The notes beneath the pieces are model-generated. The model searched no databases, was not told the DNA's origin, and saw only the letters and a list, made by a program, of their open reading frames with translations. Positions 13,494-30,962 of a stretch of DNA of 64,000 bases are shown one piece after another. The stretch is from the human T2T-CHM13v2.0 reference genome, Homo sapiens. The stretch is taken from assembly GCF_009914755.1 (NCBI RefSeq), contig NC_060932.1; one strand, given 5' to 3'. Position 1 is the first letter of the stretch; each line of letters begins with the position of its first letter. The position numbers and the translations under genes were made by a program.

Positions 13494-16400
13494 GTAGGCA
13501 ACTGCACGGGGCCCCCAGCCCGACCGCGACTAACTGGACTAACTGAGTGGAGCTCCGGGAGGGCAGGGCCACCAGGGGCTGGCTCCTCGGCCTCTCTCCT
13601 TTGTCCAGTGTGGATGCTGCTGGCCTCTTGCGAGATGGTTTCTTCATTCATCTCCTTTGTAGCGCTTGGATGGTGGGGAACGGGGGAGGGCTGAGTCTCT
13701 TTTTTAACCTCAGACAGACGCAGAAGCAGAAAGAGGGGAACTTGGAAATGAGGAAAAGTTTTGCTTCCCCAGCTGTGGCCCCTACGTGGTTGTTGCTCTG
13801 TGTCGAGAGGAGGCTGCTGGAGGAGTGAGGCCAGAGGAGGGGCAGGCACTTGGGAGGGGGTTTGCCTTCCACGGGGCGGCCCCCAGGAAGACCCTGGCCC
13901 CCTCATGAGGGTTTCCTCTCAGTGGCTTCCTTTCCTCTCAGATGCGGTGCGCAGGCTGCTTCTCCGCCTATCACTGAACTTGATGCCATCCAGATGGGAG
14001 TTTTTAATCCGGAGGGAGCCCTTCTCCCTTCTGCCCCCAGCAGAAATTGCTACAAATAATGGGGAAGCGCCAGATCTGGGGAGTGTGCTTCACCTGTATA
14101 CACACACTGCTGAGCGCCACGGCGTGTGAATTCCAGAGAGCATTTCTACGGGCGTGACCTTGGTCTCCCAGAACCCGATTCATTTAGAGGGCTCTTCTCT
14201 TGCTTGGCATCCCTCTCCCCCTGCCCATCTCCCCCACCTAAAGGTCTTTGCCCAGGTCATGCAGAATACTCCGTTCATAGTCACCGCATCCCAACTCTCG
14301 AGGCTCTCTCAGCCACCTTCTTTCTTCCTCCTCTCTTTGTGCATCTCTCTCCCTCGAGTCTTGCTTCCCCGGCTTCACTACCCAGCCCCTCCTCCCCGAA
14401 TCTCGCTCTGAACATGGGCAAGTTCTGGGGGAATTTCAAGTAAGGCAGGATGATTCGGGAAATGGACTATTTAAAGCAAGCTGCTTTGGACTTGAATACC
14501 CCCATCCTGCGCTTAAACATCTGTGTTTAGCTTCCTCAAGCAGCCCATAATTGCCCCAATTATAACCAATAACATTGTTCGGCAGACTAACAAAAGATGA
14601 GCTTTGCACGGCATTCGCCAGCAAGCCCAAACCAGAGTTTTCAACATAGATGGGAAAAGTAACTGCCTGGCTTCTTATCAAAACCTCCCAAAGCAAATAC
14701 TGCTCTTTTTCGCTGCTTGTGGGTGGCTACTGCATGCAGCCTCTTTTTTTCTCATTTGTAAAGTGTGGCAGGGAAATATTCTACAAGCTTACACTGAGGC
14801 TATGTTACCTTTAACAAAAAGGATTCGTGCTCCTTTGGGCTTGCTGAGTCTTCTGCAGAGGAGGGTCCCTGGAAAACCCATCCCCAACCATCACCACCTC
14901 TGTAAAAGCATGTGCCGCCTGGTGCTGCCTGGCGAGGGCGCTGTGGTACAGCCTCGGGTCATTTTGAGGGCGCAGTTTTGTTGCGCACAGGGCAGCAGCC
15001 CCTGCTTTATCAGCTGAAGGCTGAGAGTACTTACGGATTTGTAAAATGCAGGCGAGTTTGCATTGTCAGTGAAGGGAGTGATTGCAGGATTAGGCTCAAA
15101 CCTGTGCTCCCTGGAGCCTATGACAAGAGCTGTCACTAAGCTATCCTGTATTCAATCAATCAGGTAGTTACCGTCTACACTCCACCAGGCAGGGAGGCTT
15201 GCAGGGGCTCTAGTAGATTCAGCAGAGGTGATAATAACAGCACTTTACATTTGTACAACGATTTAGGCGCTTTCACACCTATTATCCCAGCAACAGCCCT
15301 GTGAGGTGGTGCCATTATCTCGGTGTTGCAGTTGGAGAAACTGAAACTGAGAGATTAAATGATTTATTCAGTACATGGCAGGGTCAGGACTGAGCCAAGG
15401 CATTGTGGCTCCAGTTCATCTCCCCGTTACGGTCAGGGGTGCTTATGAACTCATAGTGGGGTCGGGGGTAGAGGAGAGACGTAACACAAACATGAGAAAC
15501 AATTAGAGGACCATGCAAGGCAGGGTGTAATTCAGTCCTAAATCACATAATCCAGAGAGCAAGTGCTAGAAGAATTCGGGAGAAGGAGCATTTCCTCCAG
15601 GCATTCCTGGGATCCTACCAAGTGAGAAGGCAGGTGGAATTTGGATGGGTGAAGGGCTTTGAAGAGGGAGGCAGCAGCCAGGTCAAACACATAAAATGAG
15701 GGCAAAGGAATTAACATTTCTTGAAACCCACTCTGTGCCAGGCAGTGAGCTAAGCTTGTCTACGTGCTTATTTCATGCTAATACACACATGCACATATGC
15801 ACACTGGTAGGAATGGGAAGTTTCAGGTGAGCGTTCTCTACTTGCACTGACACGGTTCAGTGATCCCTCATTTCTCCATCCAGCTCCACAGCTCCCAAAG
15901 CCCACGAAGGAAGCTTTGAAATATCTTGCATTCCGAGTCTGGGTGGAGCTACTCCTCAGATATCTTAGGAAAGGGACGGGCCCTTCTCAGAAAACGGGAG
16001 CCGTCCTGACAATGAGTGGCTGGCAGTGGCTTGAATTGCTGGGCAGTCATGAAGCAAACTGGATTTTCTAAACGCCTTTATTTAAATCCCACAGTCGAAC
16101 ATAAAGTTTTCCATCTAATCACAAACTAGTCATGAGATTTGGAGCACATCGATTTCAGGGGCAAGCCAGTTTTCTGGGCATCTCCCTGGATAGGCTACAA
16201 TTAGTTTCAGTCTCAATTTTCCACGATCCTGTGGGGTTTTTTTTGTTTGTTTCTTTCTTTCTTTCTTTCTTTCTTTTTTTTTTTTTTTTTTTCAAAATAC
16301 TGGCAGCTGCTTCAACATTGCAGAAGCACAAAATCATCAGCCCGGGGGCCCAGCCTGGCAGGTGGAGTAGATAGCATGCCTCACCATGCACCCCAGCTCT

Positions 16401-16739
16401 GCCATCCCACAGTGGCTCAGATCCAACCTCCCCTCTTTCCACACTGGCCTGCAATCTTCCCCCCACCCTCCTTCCCCATTCATCCTTTCATTCATTCGGC
16501 CAAGGAACGTGTGTGGGGTTCCTGATAGGAGCCACACAGAGCAAGTGCCAGGAGCACAGGGCGGCCAGAGCGCTGGCTTCCTCCAAACTCACAATGGGCT
16601 TCAGGAGACTGAGACTTTTGTTTTTATCTTACCTTTCTTAATTTGCATTTTAGTGGATTTTATAATGTATGTAACTTATAAATAAATTAGGAATGTGTAC
16701 TCAAAATCGACTGCTAGGGGTACAAAGTTAAAGAAGTTT

Positions 16740-17102
<363 letters not shown>

Positions 17103-17159
17103 TTAGAAAAGAACACCGAATGATTTTATTACATAAAAGTAAATAAAAGCTTTTCTTTC

Positions 17160-17500
17160 TTTCTTTCTGAGTTGGAGGTCTTGCTATATTGCCCAGGCAG
17201 GTCTTTTGTTGTTGTTGTTGTTGTTTACAGACAGGGTCTCACTCTGTCACCCACACTGGAGTGCAGTGGCACAATCATAGCTCACTGCAGACTCAACCTC
17301 CTGGGCCCAAGCTATCCTCCTGCCTCAACCTTCTGAATAGCTAAGACTGCAGATGTGCACCACCACACCTAGCTAAATTTTTTTTTTTTTTTTTTTTTTG
17401 TAGAGATAGGTGTCTTACTATGTTCCCCAAGCTGGTCTCAAACTCCTGGGCTCAAGCGTCCTAAGTTGCTGGGATTGCAGTTGCATGCCAATACACCCAG
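17160..17500 (-). mobile_element. Alu (AluJ-like) plus a short Alu fragment
   Basis: Reverse Alu body, flanked by the repeat TAAAAGTAAATAAAAGCTTT. Confidence 0.8.
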
Positions 17501-18277
17501 CTAAAAGTAAATAAAAGCTTTCCAAAATCTATTTAAATTATGTTGCCAGTATATGTGGGAGTGTGGCCCAGAACCAGGAAGATGGGAGTTGAGAGCTACC
17601 TTCCCACCTGCAGTAGCCCTGAACGTGTGTCTTTTGCCCCCTCCACACTCTTTCTATGGCTTTCCTCATGCTGCCCGGAAGCTACTTCCCCATAAAGCCT
17701 TCATCTCCTTTTCCTCTTCCCTTCTTCCTTCCATCCTTACTTCCAGGAAAGGACAAATATCTGGCCATTCATAAAATCAGAGAATATCAACCATCTCATC
17801 TAACTGCCTCTTCTTATAGAGGGAAAAGCTGAGGCCCAGAGAGAAAAGGTCTTGCTTAAAATCCCACAGGTAACGACAGAGCCAGACTAGAAGCCAGGAC
17901 TCTTGTTTCTGAGCACAGCTCTCACGCGTTCATTTCTCTCCAGCCTGGGGAATGCTTGACCTGTGCTGGGCTGGGCAATTGTTCTTTCCTCCACCTCCTC
18001 TATGCCGTCCCCCTCTTTCCAGGTGGAAATTTAGATGAGAGGAGAGACACTTGAAGTGTAATTGTATCAGCCAGAAGAGGAAAAGAAACTAAAGCAGCCT
18101 CTCTCCATAATAGCTGGTAAACAAGCATAAGCTCCATTGTAGGAGTCTTATCTGCAATGGGTCTAAGAAATGGGGCATCGGGAAGACCCACCTATCTTCT
18201 GATGGACATGCAGCTGGTGCATAATGAAGGATCCCTGTGTGGACTGGAGAGAAGCCACCATAAAGAGGTTGTCATCA

Positions 18278-18580
18278 GCCCCGGCACAGTGGCTCATGCC
18301 TGTAATCCCAGCACCTTAGGGAGGCTGAGGCGGGAGGATCATTCGAGGTCAGGAGTTTGAGACCAGACTGACCAACGTGGTGAAACCCCGTCTCTACTAA
18401 AAATACAAAAAAAATTAGCCAGGCATGGTGGCGGGCACCTGTAATCCCAGCTACTCAGGAGGCTGAGGCGGGAGAATCATTTGAACCCAGGAGGCAGAGT
18501 TTGCAGTAAGCCAAGATAGCGCCACTGAACTCCAGCCTGGGCAACAGAGCGAGACTCCATCTCCAAAAAATAAAAAATAA
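18278..18580 (+). mobile_element. Alu (AluS-like)
   Basis: Full body; TSD AGGTTGTCATCAG on both sides. Confidence 0.9.
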
Positions 18581-20719
18581 GAAGTAAATAAAAAAGGTTG
18601 TCATCAGACAGGGAGTACAGACTTCAGGACAAGAGGAAGCCCTACATGAAGACAGCTGCTGGGATCACTGACAGGCAGGGTCAGACATAAGTCCCAGCTC
18701 TGCCACTTCAAGTTACATCAGCTCCTCAAGCCTCAATCTGCTCAACTATAAAATGGGGATGATAGCACTTACCCCATAGGGTGATGCTTATAAAGCAATT
18801 AGCGCAAAGCCTGGCTCATAGTGCTCTAAAGTCATAGCAATATGATTGCTATGAAATGCAAATAGATTCCACCGCAATGAGATGCCATCAGAATCTGGCA
18901 ATCTTCCAAAAGCAGAAACAGTGTGTAAAGTTGATGGTTTCCCAGAACACATGGTTTGAAGTCAACACACCTGAGTTTAAGTCCTGGCTCTGCTACTTAT
19001 AAACCGGATGATCCTAGTCAACTTGCTTAACCTCTAAGAGTTTATGTTCATTTTAAAAGGTGGGTTGATATTAACCCTAGATTACAGGGTTGTATAATAT
19101 ATGAATATAAAATTTTTTGGTAACCTGTCAAGAATATTCTCTACATGTGGTTGATGAAAAGGATGGAGGTGTATCTGCCTCTAGCAAGAGCAGTCCCCTC
19201 TTCTCTGCTGGCAGCATCAAAATTACAGGACTTCGAATAGGTCATAAGACAAAACTCAATTAGGGTCCAGCTTCGGCTAAAGCTGCATATGTGATTCTCC
19301 AAACAGATAAGCAACTAATTATATTGCCCTTGGAAGCAAGATTACATGCAAATCGATTAAGGCCAAGCCATAGTGGTATTTTATCTTTATAAACAGCAAG
19401 GCACAATTAAATTTATGAGGTGTCATTACCAAAAGAAAAGGCAATTCAACATTTCTTTATTCAATATGAGACGCTCAGAATATAGTATTGCCACATAGAA
19501 GTATTAGCTGAGCTTGGCTCACGAAGTGAAATACAAGCCATGGAAAATTCAGCCTACTCAGGTAACTTTTGATTTACTGATGTTTGCTATGGTTGTATAA
19601 AAATAGCAACAACCTGTCACTATTCCCATTTCACAGTTGAGAAGACTGAGGCTCACAGAAGTGAAATAATTTGCACACAGTCCCACCGTTACAAAGTATA
19701 AAGTTTCAGCATCAATGTAACAACAAACCTGTTATTATCCCCACTTTGTAGTTGAAAGGACTGACCATCTCAGGACTTGTCTGCAGTCACACAGGTCCAC
19801 AGTGTAAGGTTTAAACACAAATACAACTCGTGAATTAACTAAGTACTCATCTCCATTTAAATACAGAACATCATCCAGCATGGAGATATAGTCAAGACTT
19901 CTTACAAATGAAAAACATCTACTGAGTTTTCAAAGTTCAAAATCTGATTTAACCTAGAACACAGTTGTAGTAGGTGTTGGGAAGTGTATGAGAAAATACA
20001 GAATGCTGTCTCTATAACGATATTTACATAATTTTGAGTTTTCACTGACATTAATCTCATTTTAAAGCTTGCAAGCCACCTGTAGGGTGGATGGAACTAT
20101 GTGGTCATCTCCATTTTGCAGATTCTGTGAATTGCAGGGGGGAATGGATAGCATTGAATATGGATGGCTCCTCAAATAATCAGTGGAGTCAATTGTTAAA
20201 AGTGAGGGGAGACAGAGAAGGGTCGGGAGGTTGGAGTCCGAAAGGTAGACGTGCCTCTGACCCACAGGGAGGTCCTGGCTAGAGCCAAGGACACTCAACA
20301 AGGTCTCCCTAAGTGCCAAGCTGCAGGGCCTCACATTTCACCTGCAGGAAGACTATCAAATGGAACATGTACTACGTGTCCCAGAAGCTCATCTTCCTTT
20401 TATACCTCGCCCTTAAATCCCATTTACCCAGATTTTGGCAAGCATCAGTCAAACCAGCCAACATTTCCTGAACATGCAAGTTGCCCCAGTTAATGAAGTT
20501 CACAAAAAACCTCAGCCAGAGAGCATTTTGCTAACATCTGTCACAGTTTGTCAGCTCAGCCTATGCACACATTCTGTATTACAACCTCATATTAGGAAGG
20601 AAAGGAAACGGCTCCTTTTCTCCTCCCTTCCCTTTCTTCTGCGACGTATAGCCACTGCCACCATGTGGCTGTAGAGGGCACAGCCACGCTGTTTGGAACA
20701 AATTCTACAAAAATGTCTA

Positions 20720-21052
<333 letters not shown>

Positions 21053-21543
21053 TTAGAGTGAATGCTGCATGCCAGGTTCTTTCCTTCTTTTCCTTTCGTA
21101 TATATTCTTATTGCCTGTCAGTTCTATTTTAATTGCTTACAAACGTTAACCCACTAATCATCCTCTGAGATAGGTACTAATTTCATCCCATTTTTGCAGA
21201 TGAGGAAATGAGAGGTCAAGTACAGCTAGCAAGCTTCAGAGCTGTGATCGGAAGCAGGCAGTCTGTAGTCATTAGCAGATGAGAAAGCGCATATCACCGC
21301 CACTCTGCAGCGTGGGTCTGTTGTGCCTGTGTTGATAGATGGGGCCCCCGAGGCTCGCTGGCCTCCCACTATGATGTGCTCTTCCAGATGCCAGGGCAGC
21401 AGAGGAGACTGATCTAACTCAGACCAGGGGGTGGACATGGCTTCCCAGAAGGGATGATGCTAGAGGTGTGTGTGAAGGATGAGTTGGAGAAGGATATTCT
21501 GGGCAGAGGGAACAGCAAGTGCCAAGATAAAAAGACATTAAGA

Positions 21544-21860
21544 AGCCAGGCACAGTGGCTCATGTCTGTAATCCCAGCACTTTGGGAGGCCGAGGCAGGC
21601 AGATCACTTGAGGTGAGGAGTTCAAGACCAGCCTGGCCAACATGTGAAGCCCCGTCTCTACTAAAAACACAAAAATTAGCTGGATGTGGTGGTGTGCACC
21701 TGTAATCTTGCTACTCAGGAGGCTGAGGCATGAGAATCACTTAAACTTAAGAGGCGGAGTTTGCAGTGAGTCGAGATCGCGCCACTGCACTCCAGCCTGG
21801 GCGACAGAGTGAGACTCTGTCTCAAAAAAAAAAAAAAGAAAAAGAAAAAAAAAAAAAAGA
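21544..21860 (+). mobile_element. Alu
   Basis: Full Alu; TSD AAAGACATTAAGA. Confidence 0.9.
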
Positions 21861-22242
21861 AAGACATTAAGAGGCTGATACAGTTGGGAGCTACACGTGA
21901 TCGGCTGAGACTAGAGGCTATGCAAGGTTAGGTGCCAGGAGATGAAGCAGGAGTTGGTCAGTGCTAAGTCCTTGGAGCTCCCCCTGACAGCAACAAGGTT
22001 ATAAAATTAGTTTAAATATAAGGTGACATCATCAGATTGGAGATGGCTTGGGGGGAAGCCAGATCATTAGGTGGACTAATTAGGAGGCTATTACAATAAC
22101 CAAGGCAATAAATCTCAACTAAAGCCCTGGTCCTTGGGATAGAGAAGAAAAATTAATCTCAAATGCATTTGCGATACAGTCATTTATGTAGGCACTGTGT
22201 TCATTATTTGTTTCAAAACCCGTCTCAAATGTGAGTTCATTG

Positions 22243-22533
22243 GCCAGGTGCAGTGACTTATGCCTGTAATCCCAACACTTTGGGAGGCTAAGGTGGGAGG
22301 AACATTTGAGGCCAGGAGTTCGAGACCAGCCTAGGCAACATGGCGAGACCTCATTTCTGCTAAAAATTTAAAAACTAACCAAGCATCCTGGGCTCAAACA
22401 ATCCTCCCAGCTACTTGGGAGGCTGAGGTGGGAGGATTGCTTGCGCCCAGGAGTTCAACGCTTCAGTGAGCCGTGATTGCACCACTGCACACCAGCCTGG
22501 GCAACAGAGCGAGACCATCTCAAACAAACAAAA
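22243..22533 (+). mobile_element. Alu (AluJ-like)
   Basis: Diverged Alu body. Confidence 0.85.
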
Positions 22534-22675
22534 AGTCAATTCATTGATTTAACAAACACTTATTGAGCACCCCAGTAGTCATCATCCTCTGGGTATGAAA
22601 TGCTTTGATGACGCACAAGAAGAACTGGGGTGGGCTCAGCTGCAGGTCCCTCCTTTGTTCACGTCCTTCTCATAC

Positions 22676-23201
<526 letters not shown>

Positions 23202-23667
23202 TCATTTTTGGTTTTCTACACTGAACTCTTTATTAAGGGAACTGCATACAGTGAAATGCACAGAATGTAAATGTACAACTCAATGGGTTTTGGCAAATGG
23301 ATACACCCCTGCGACTTCAGTCAAGAACATTTACATTTCTAGAAAGTTCTTTGTTCCTTTTCCATTTAATCCTCTACCTAAAGATGGTTCTACAGGGACC
23401 CAAAATGATACAGTACAGGGAAGCATCTTTCAGATTTAGAAGCCTTGATCAAAAGATAAGTTTCAAGGAGAAACAGTGAAAACTGCACACCTTTCAGGCA
23501 ATCCTACATAAGATTGCAAACCACTGATCTAATCAACCAATCCTTGGAGCTACTATCTTGGAATAGTTTCTTTGTTCGGTTTTAAATAGCAAGTTCCACA
23601 TGCCAGGGCCTGTGCTTGGCCTGGAATGCCAAGGTGAATAACATGGCCCTTTGCTCGGGAAGCCAAC

Positions 23668-24612
<945 letters not shown>

Positions 24613-25327
24613 GACAGAGATAGACCATAGCACTAGCTCACATCTAACAGGGATAAGAGGCAAGTACCTGGAAGAGAGAATTCGGGGTATGGGGGGTTGG
24701 GGGCATTCCTGGCTGCAGCAGGGAAGGCCAGGAGGATGAAAGGAAGCATTTGAGTCATTAATAAATGTCATATTTTACTCATCTTACTTTTGCACAGCAC
24801 TTTGCAAAACTCCCCTTACAGATCTCATTTCATCTTCACAATAGGCCTGTGATAAGGCAGGTGCCACTGTTCCCCTTTTATGGGCTATGAAAACTGAGGC
24901 TCAAAGTGGTTGATTTAATGTCACATGCTGGTAAACTGCAAAGCGATGCCTTTAGCTCCCAAGAAAGCTATCTCTGCCACCACACAGCTGCTCCCAAAAG
25001 TGCCTATGAGGTGTCGAGGCCAGCCAGGTGGCAGGAATCACAGGGGTGTCCTGCCACCCAGGACTAACCCAGGAACCCAGACACACTAACAAGCCTCTAC
25101 ATGAACACTGAGCCTAGGTGATAGGCAGGGTCGCCTATGGCCTTGACAATTTACACCCCTGCAAAGTGAATCACAGGCCCCTAGTGCCATCCTGCCAGAG
25201 ACAGCAGAGAAGTGTCTTTCCTGCATTCTCTGGGTTAGGTCTCTGGCCCTGAGCAGCCCTCCGAGAATGGCTGTACTCATTGCCATGCTTCCTGTATGTT
25301 CCAGCACCTGCTTCCTGCTCCTGCACC

Positions 25328-25453
25328 ATGAAAGTCCTGCTTTGTGACCTGCTGCTGCTCAGTCTCTTCTCCAGTGTGTTCAGCAGTTGTCAGAGGGACT
25401 GTCTCACATGCCAGGAGAAGCTCCACCCAGCCCTGGACAGCTTCGACCTGGAG
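25328..25453 (+). CDS. PNOC: Prepronociceptin coding exon (exon 2 starts at 25305), aa 1-42: signal peptide and start of the Cys-rich opioid-precursor domain
   Basis: Acceptor TTCCAG| at 25304, ACCATGA start, translation MKVLLCDLLLLSLFSSVFSSCQRDCLTCQEKLHPALDSFDLE, donor GAG|GTAGGT at 25453 (phase 0). Confidence 0.97.
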
Positions 25454-25876
25454 GTAGGTCTCCAAGGCAAGGCAGAGAGGCTGTCCTCCTCCCTGACTAC
25501 CTCCTCCCTCCCTACTCCAGAGCAGACTCTGAGTGAGAAGCCAAGGCCTCTCCCACAGCTCACAGGACTTGCTCAGCATTACATGGCCCATAGGAAACAG
25601 ATCAGACAGGAGCTGCTCTTCTGACCCAGAACCTTACGATCTTTCCACCTTACCACCTGCAGGAAGAGCCCTGCCTGTGATGCCAGGTCATTCCCAGGAT
25701 TAAAATAATGTTACTCATTTCAGAGAGTTTGGCAAATTCAGAAAAGTATAAAACAAGAGAAATTTAAATCCTCCTTAATTACACCAGTCAGAGAAAGAAT
25801 CCTACTTTTTTTCACTTACTATATTATACCAGGATAAATTTCTCATGTTATTATTTCTTTCCATGAGTATAGTCTA

Positions 25877-26500
<624 letters not shown>

Positions 26501-26511
26501 AATTTGTTTAA

Positions 26512-26871
<360 letters not shown>

Positions 26872-28838
26872 TGTGCTCTTTATTTTTGATATTGCAGATA
26901 ACTCAACAGTGAACCCCTTAGTACCAAAATGCTCTCTTATATTTTAAATTTCCAACTTAAGGTGCAAATCCAGTATTAACTTTTTCTTCATTAAATAAAC
27001 TGCTTTGTCAACTATCTACATTTCAGTCCAGATAGTTACTCCTCTCCTATTAAATCCAGTATAGCTCAATTGTTTTTTACTTTATAGTCAAATAACTTCC
27101 TTCAAAAGATGCCATCTTTTAAACCCCTTAACCTTTCAAAAACACCAGAAGCACCACAGTTCCTTAAGGCAAATGTACAAATGTAGAACCGAGTATTTGC
27201 AGGGGGACTAACACACCCTGGTGTCTCCCACCTCCAGATAACAGAGGAGGAGATAAAATCCAGCAGACCCAAAGCACCAAGCTCTTGGGCTCAGTGGTTT
27301 TCAAGCCCATTTTCCAACCAGTCATAACTACCCAGGGCATCTCCAGTTAACCAATTCACTTACTATATTATACCAGGATCAATTTCCCATGTTATTAACA
27401 TTATTACTTTCCATGAATATAGTCTACAGTTGGCCCTCGGTTAAGTGGTTACAGTAAATGTCTCCTCTTACTCATCCACCGTGTTTCTCTCTGAGCTCCT
27501 ACCTTGCTGATGATTTCCTCCTTCAGGAACACCAGCCCTCTCTCGGTCCATGTGCCTCATTCTCTTCCTCACTCTGGCTACTGTGTTGGTTCCTTGTCCT
27601 CTCCCCACTCCCTACACATAAAGGATCGCCAAGATTCTCTGCTTTTCACCTCCCTCTGAGAACCCACCCATACATCCCAGGCCTTCTGCTCCTCCCAGGC
27701 TGCAGAAAACTCCTAGAGGAATCCTCCTGAACTCCTCTCACCTGGGCTCCAGACCCGTGTTCCCAATCACTTTCCATAGTTCCCAGAAATCCTGCCTTCT
27801 CTTCCTGCCCTGCCATTGTGCCTGCCACAGCCTCCTCCCCCATCCATAAATCCCAGTCGCACTTCAAATCCCAGATTAAGTGTCCTCTGGTAAGAGAACA
27901 TTGCACTGATTCTCCACCCACCCCAGTGGAGTGGGCCCTCCTTCCTCATGTTCTGATTGTTAGTTGTATCTGCAGGACTCTCTCTCCCCATATGGAGTGA
28001 GCTTTCTTTACTGATGGATCTGGGTATCCCAGCACTCAGCACAGTGTGTGGCACAGAGCATAGCTCAATAAACACATCCCATCCCGTGGAAATTGGAAGA
28101 TTCTAAGACCATTAGTCTCCTAATAGGCACATCTGCTGCAGTCTCTGTAAAGGTTTTACATTTCCATCTTTCAGAGACTCAAAAATTTGGAGCATGTCTG
28201 CATCTCTCCATAGCATCTTAAATATCTGGGGTCTAGACAACATTATCAGCTCTACTTCTTTGAAACAAGTCAGAAAATGGACCTGTAAAAGCCTCACAAT
28301 GGGGGACTAACACCTTCACAGTGCTCGCTAACCCCCCGGAGGATGTGGCTGCCTGCTTGTTTTTGTTTCTAGTTTGTATTCACTTTTAACCTATGTTTAA
28401 GTTTAATGAAATGCCTAGAATGTAGGCACTCAAATCCATTTCCAAATCTGGCAGCCTTTGACTATGTCCATTCTGTGAATGATCAGGGGACTCATATTTC
28501 AGCAAGGGTCACTTCCCCAGTCCTTCCACCAAATTACATAATCCTGAGCTATTCCCAGGATCCTCTGGATCCTTGGCTTCATCAAGAAACTTTTTATTTC
28601 TGCTCCTAGTAGACTATTTGAGTATGGCTGCTTGTTGTTAGACTATAATTTTTATTGGTAAATGACTCACACCCAAATCCATTGCAACGTCCTGGCCTTT
28701 AACCTAATTGTGAATGGTACTTACTTCATCAGCTCAAGGAGAAAAAACTGGATTCACTGAGTTGTTTTAGAGACAAAAATAAGGCAACCAATCCCAAGAA
28801 AGAGTGTGGGGAAATTTATTTCAAACTCCCTAAAATTT

Positions 28839-29130
28839 GGCCTGGTGCAGTGGCTCACACCTGTAATCCCAGCATTTTGGGAGGCTGAGGCAGGTGGATC
28901 ACTTGAGGCCAGCAGTTCTAGACCAGCCTGGCCAACAAGGCGAAACCCTGTCTCTACTAAAAATACAAAAATTAGCTGGGCATGGTGATGCATGCCTGTA
29001 ATCCCAGCTACTCAGGAGGCTGAGGCAGAAGAATCACTTAAACCCAAAAGGCAGAGATTTCAGTGAGCTGAGATCATGCTACTGCACTCCAGCCTGGGGG
29101 ACAAAGTAAGACTCTGTCTCAATCAATCAA
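28839..29130 (+). mobile_element. Alu
   Basis: Full Alu body with (TCAA)n tail. Confidence 0.9.
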
Positions 29131-30097
29131 TAAAATTCCCTAAAATTCTACTGCAAAACGAGCTACCTTCTGGTAGTTCTTTCTATCTTCATGAGATGAA
29201 AATTCTAATGAGGTGACTTGCAGTAGGAGTTCCTTATATGTTTGTCTTCTATGCTCATCTGCTGTATTTGTCCTCAGATATTCTAGCAGGACCTCACAAA
29301 GCAAATAGCTCCCAAATGTCTCTTGGTCAGAAGTGGTGTGACTCTTTAGTGGCAGAAACTTGACCACCTTTGTGAGCTGCTCCTTTCATCCCCAATGGGT
29401 TCATATGCCTGTTTCCCACTTTGTACCCTAATCTTTGAGCCCAGACACCCAAATGGCCATTTGTTCACTTTCCCCATAAGCCCAGCTTTACAGATGAATT
29501 TGGCAGCCATCTGAGACTCCAGATGCCCATACGCATTCTGGCTTAATATAGCAATGCCATCAGCGTGGGCTGCCAAAACGTGTCCAGCTCACTTAATAAG
29601 CCATTAACCCATCTCTGGAAAAAGGCTGGTGAGTTCCCCGCACCAGAGGGTCAGGCATTAAGCTCCTATGCCCATCTGGTGCTACAAATGCGTTGTGAAT
29701 TTAGCTTCCTCCTATTTGCCCAAAACCCTCTCCTAAGTCAAGAGTTGAGATGATTTTGTTAGCATCTAATTTATCTAACAGTGCATCAAGTCTGGGTATG
29801 GACTGTGGCATCTGGTTTGATCACACAATTTCATTTTCTCTGACTGACACAAAATCTAATTACTATCTGGGCTTGGAAACCCAGGGGCTCACAGAAGATC
29901 TAAGCACCTCCAAGTTTAACAACTCTTCCACTTGTTTCCATAAACTGACGGAGCAGAAAAATTCAACAAGCAGTTTGGGGCTCCTGTTCTGCAAGGATTG
30001 GGCCAAGCATGCTCAAAAGTCAGATCCAGCTCCCCCACTCTACCCTTCTATGACTTTCCCAGTGCTAGCCACACTTCTCTGCATCCCTGTTGACTTT

Positions 30098-30215
30098 GTA
30101 GAGCAGAGTTTCTCAAACTTGCCACTATGGGCACTTTTGACTGGGGAATTATTTGTTGTGGGGGTTGTCCTGGGCACTTTAGGATGTTTACTGGCATCCC
30201 TGGCCTCTAGGTGCC

Positions 30216-30260
<45 letters not shown>

Positions 30261-30346
30261 AGTTCTGACAACCAACAATGTCTCCAGAGATTGCCAAATG
30301 GCCCCTTAGTGGGCAAAATCACTCCCAGTTGAGATCCACGCCTGTA
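30098..30346. mobile_element. MER20-like hAT DNA transposon containing (CA)~19 at 30221-30259
   Basis: cagagtttctcaa...ttgttgtggggg...gcatccctggcctcta...caatgtctccaga..ttgccaaatg...cagttgaga. Confidence 0.75.
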
Positions 30347-30672
30347 GAGTACTAACTCAACAGGATTCTGATCTGAAAGAATATACTACACATTGATTCT
30401 AGCTGGTTTTCTTCCAAGTATTTCAGGAGCAGGCTAAGTACAGACCCAGGTGACTCTTTCTCTGTAGGAGTCTTTAACCACCGTGTTCTGTGATGGCTTC
30501 TTCCTCCTCAGAGCAAGTTCCAAAACAGGATTTCTCCAGGTATCATCCAGTCTCAGAATCACCTGAGCTATTGCTAAAAATACAAATTTCTGGGCCCCAC
30601 CCTTGACTTAGTGGATCAGAATCTCCAATGCTTTAGGCTAAAAATTTGCATTCTAACAAACTCCAGTAGCAT

Positions 30673-30962
30673 TTTTTTTTCTTTGAGACAGTCCCGTTCT
30701 GTCACCAAGGCTGGAGTGCAGTACAGCAATCTCAGCTCACTGCAGCCTTGACTTCCCAGGCCCAAGCAATCCTCTCACCTCAGCCTCCCAAGTAGCTAGA
30801 ACTGTAGGCATGCACCACCACACCCCACTAACATTTTTATTTTTGTAGAGCTGAGGTCTCCCTATGTTGCCCAGGCTGCTCTCAAACTCCTGGGCTCAAA
30901 GGCGCCTCCCTCCTTGGCCTCCTAAAGTACTGGGATTATAGGCGGGAGCCACCATGCCCAGC
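30673..30962 (-). mobile_element. Alu (AluJ-like)
   Basis: Reverse Alu body; CAGTAGCA flanks. Confidence 0.85.

Noticed and set aside
13595-13625. Possible REST/RE1-like half sites in PNOC intron 1
   Set aside because: Poor match to the 21-bp RE1 consensus and non-canonical spacing.
27202-28313. 13-mer GGGGGACTAACAC present twice, 1.1 kb apart
   Set aside because: Too short, with no extended similarity, so plausibly chance.
29750-30220. 156-aa ORF in PNOC intron 2
   Set aside because: It runs into a MER20-like element and has no homology-like features or splice support.
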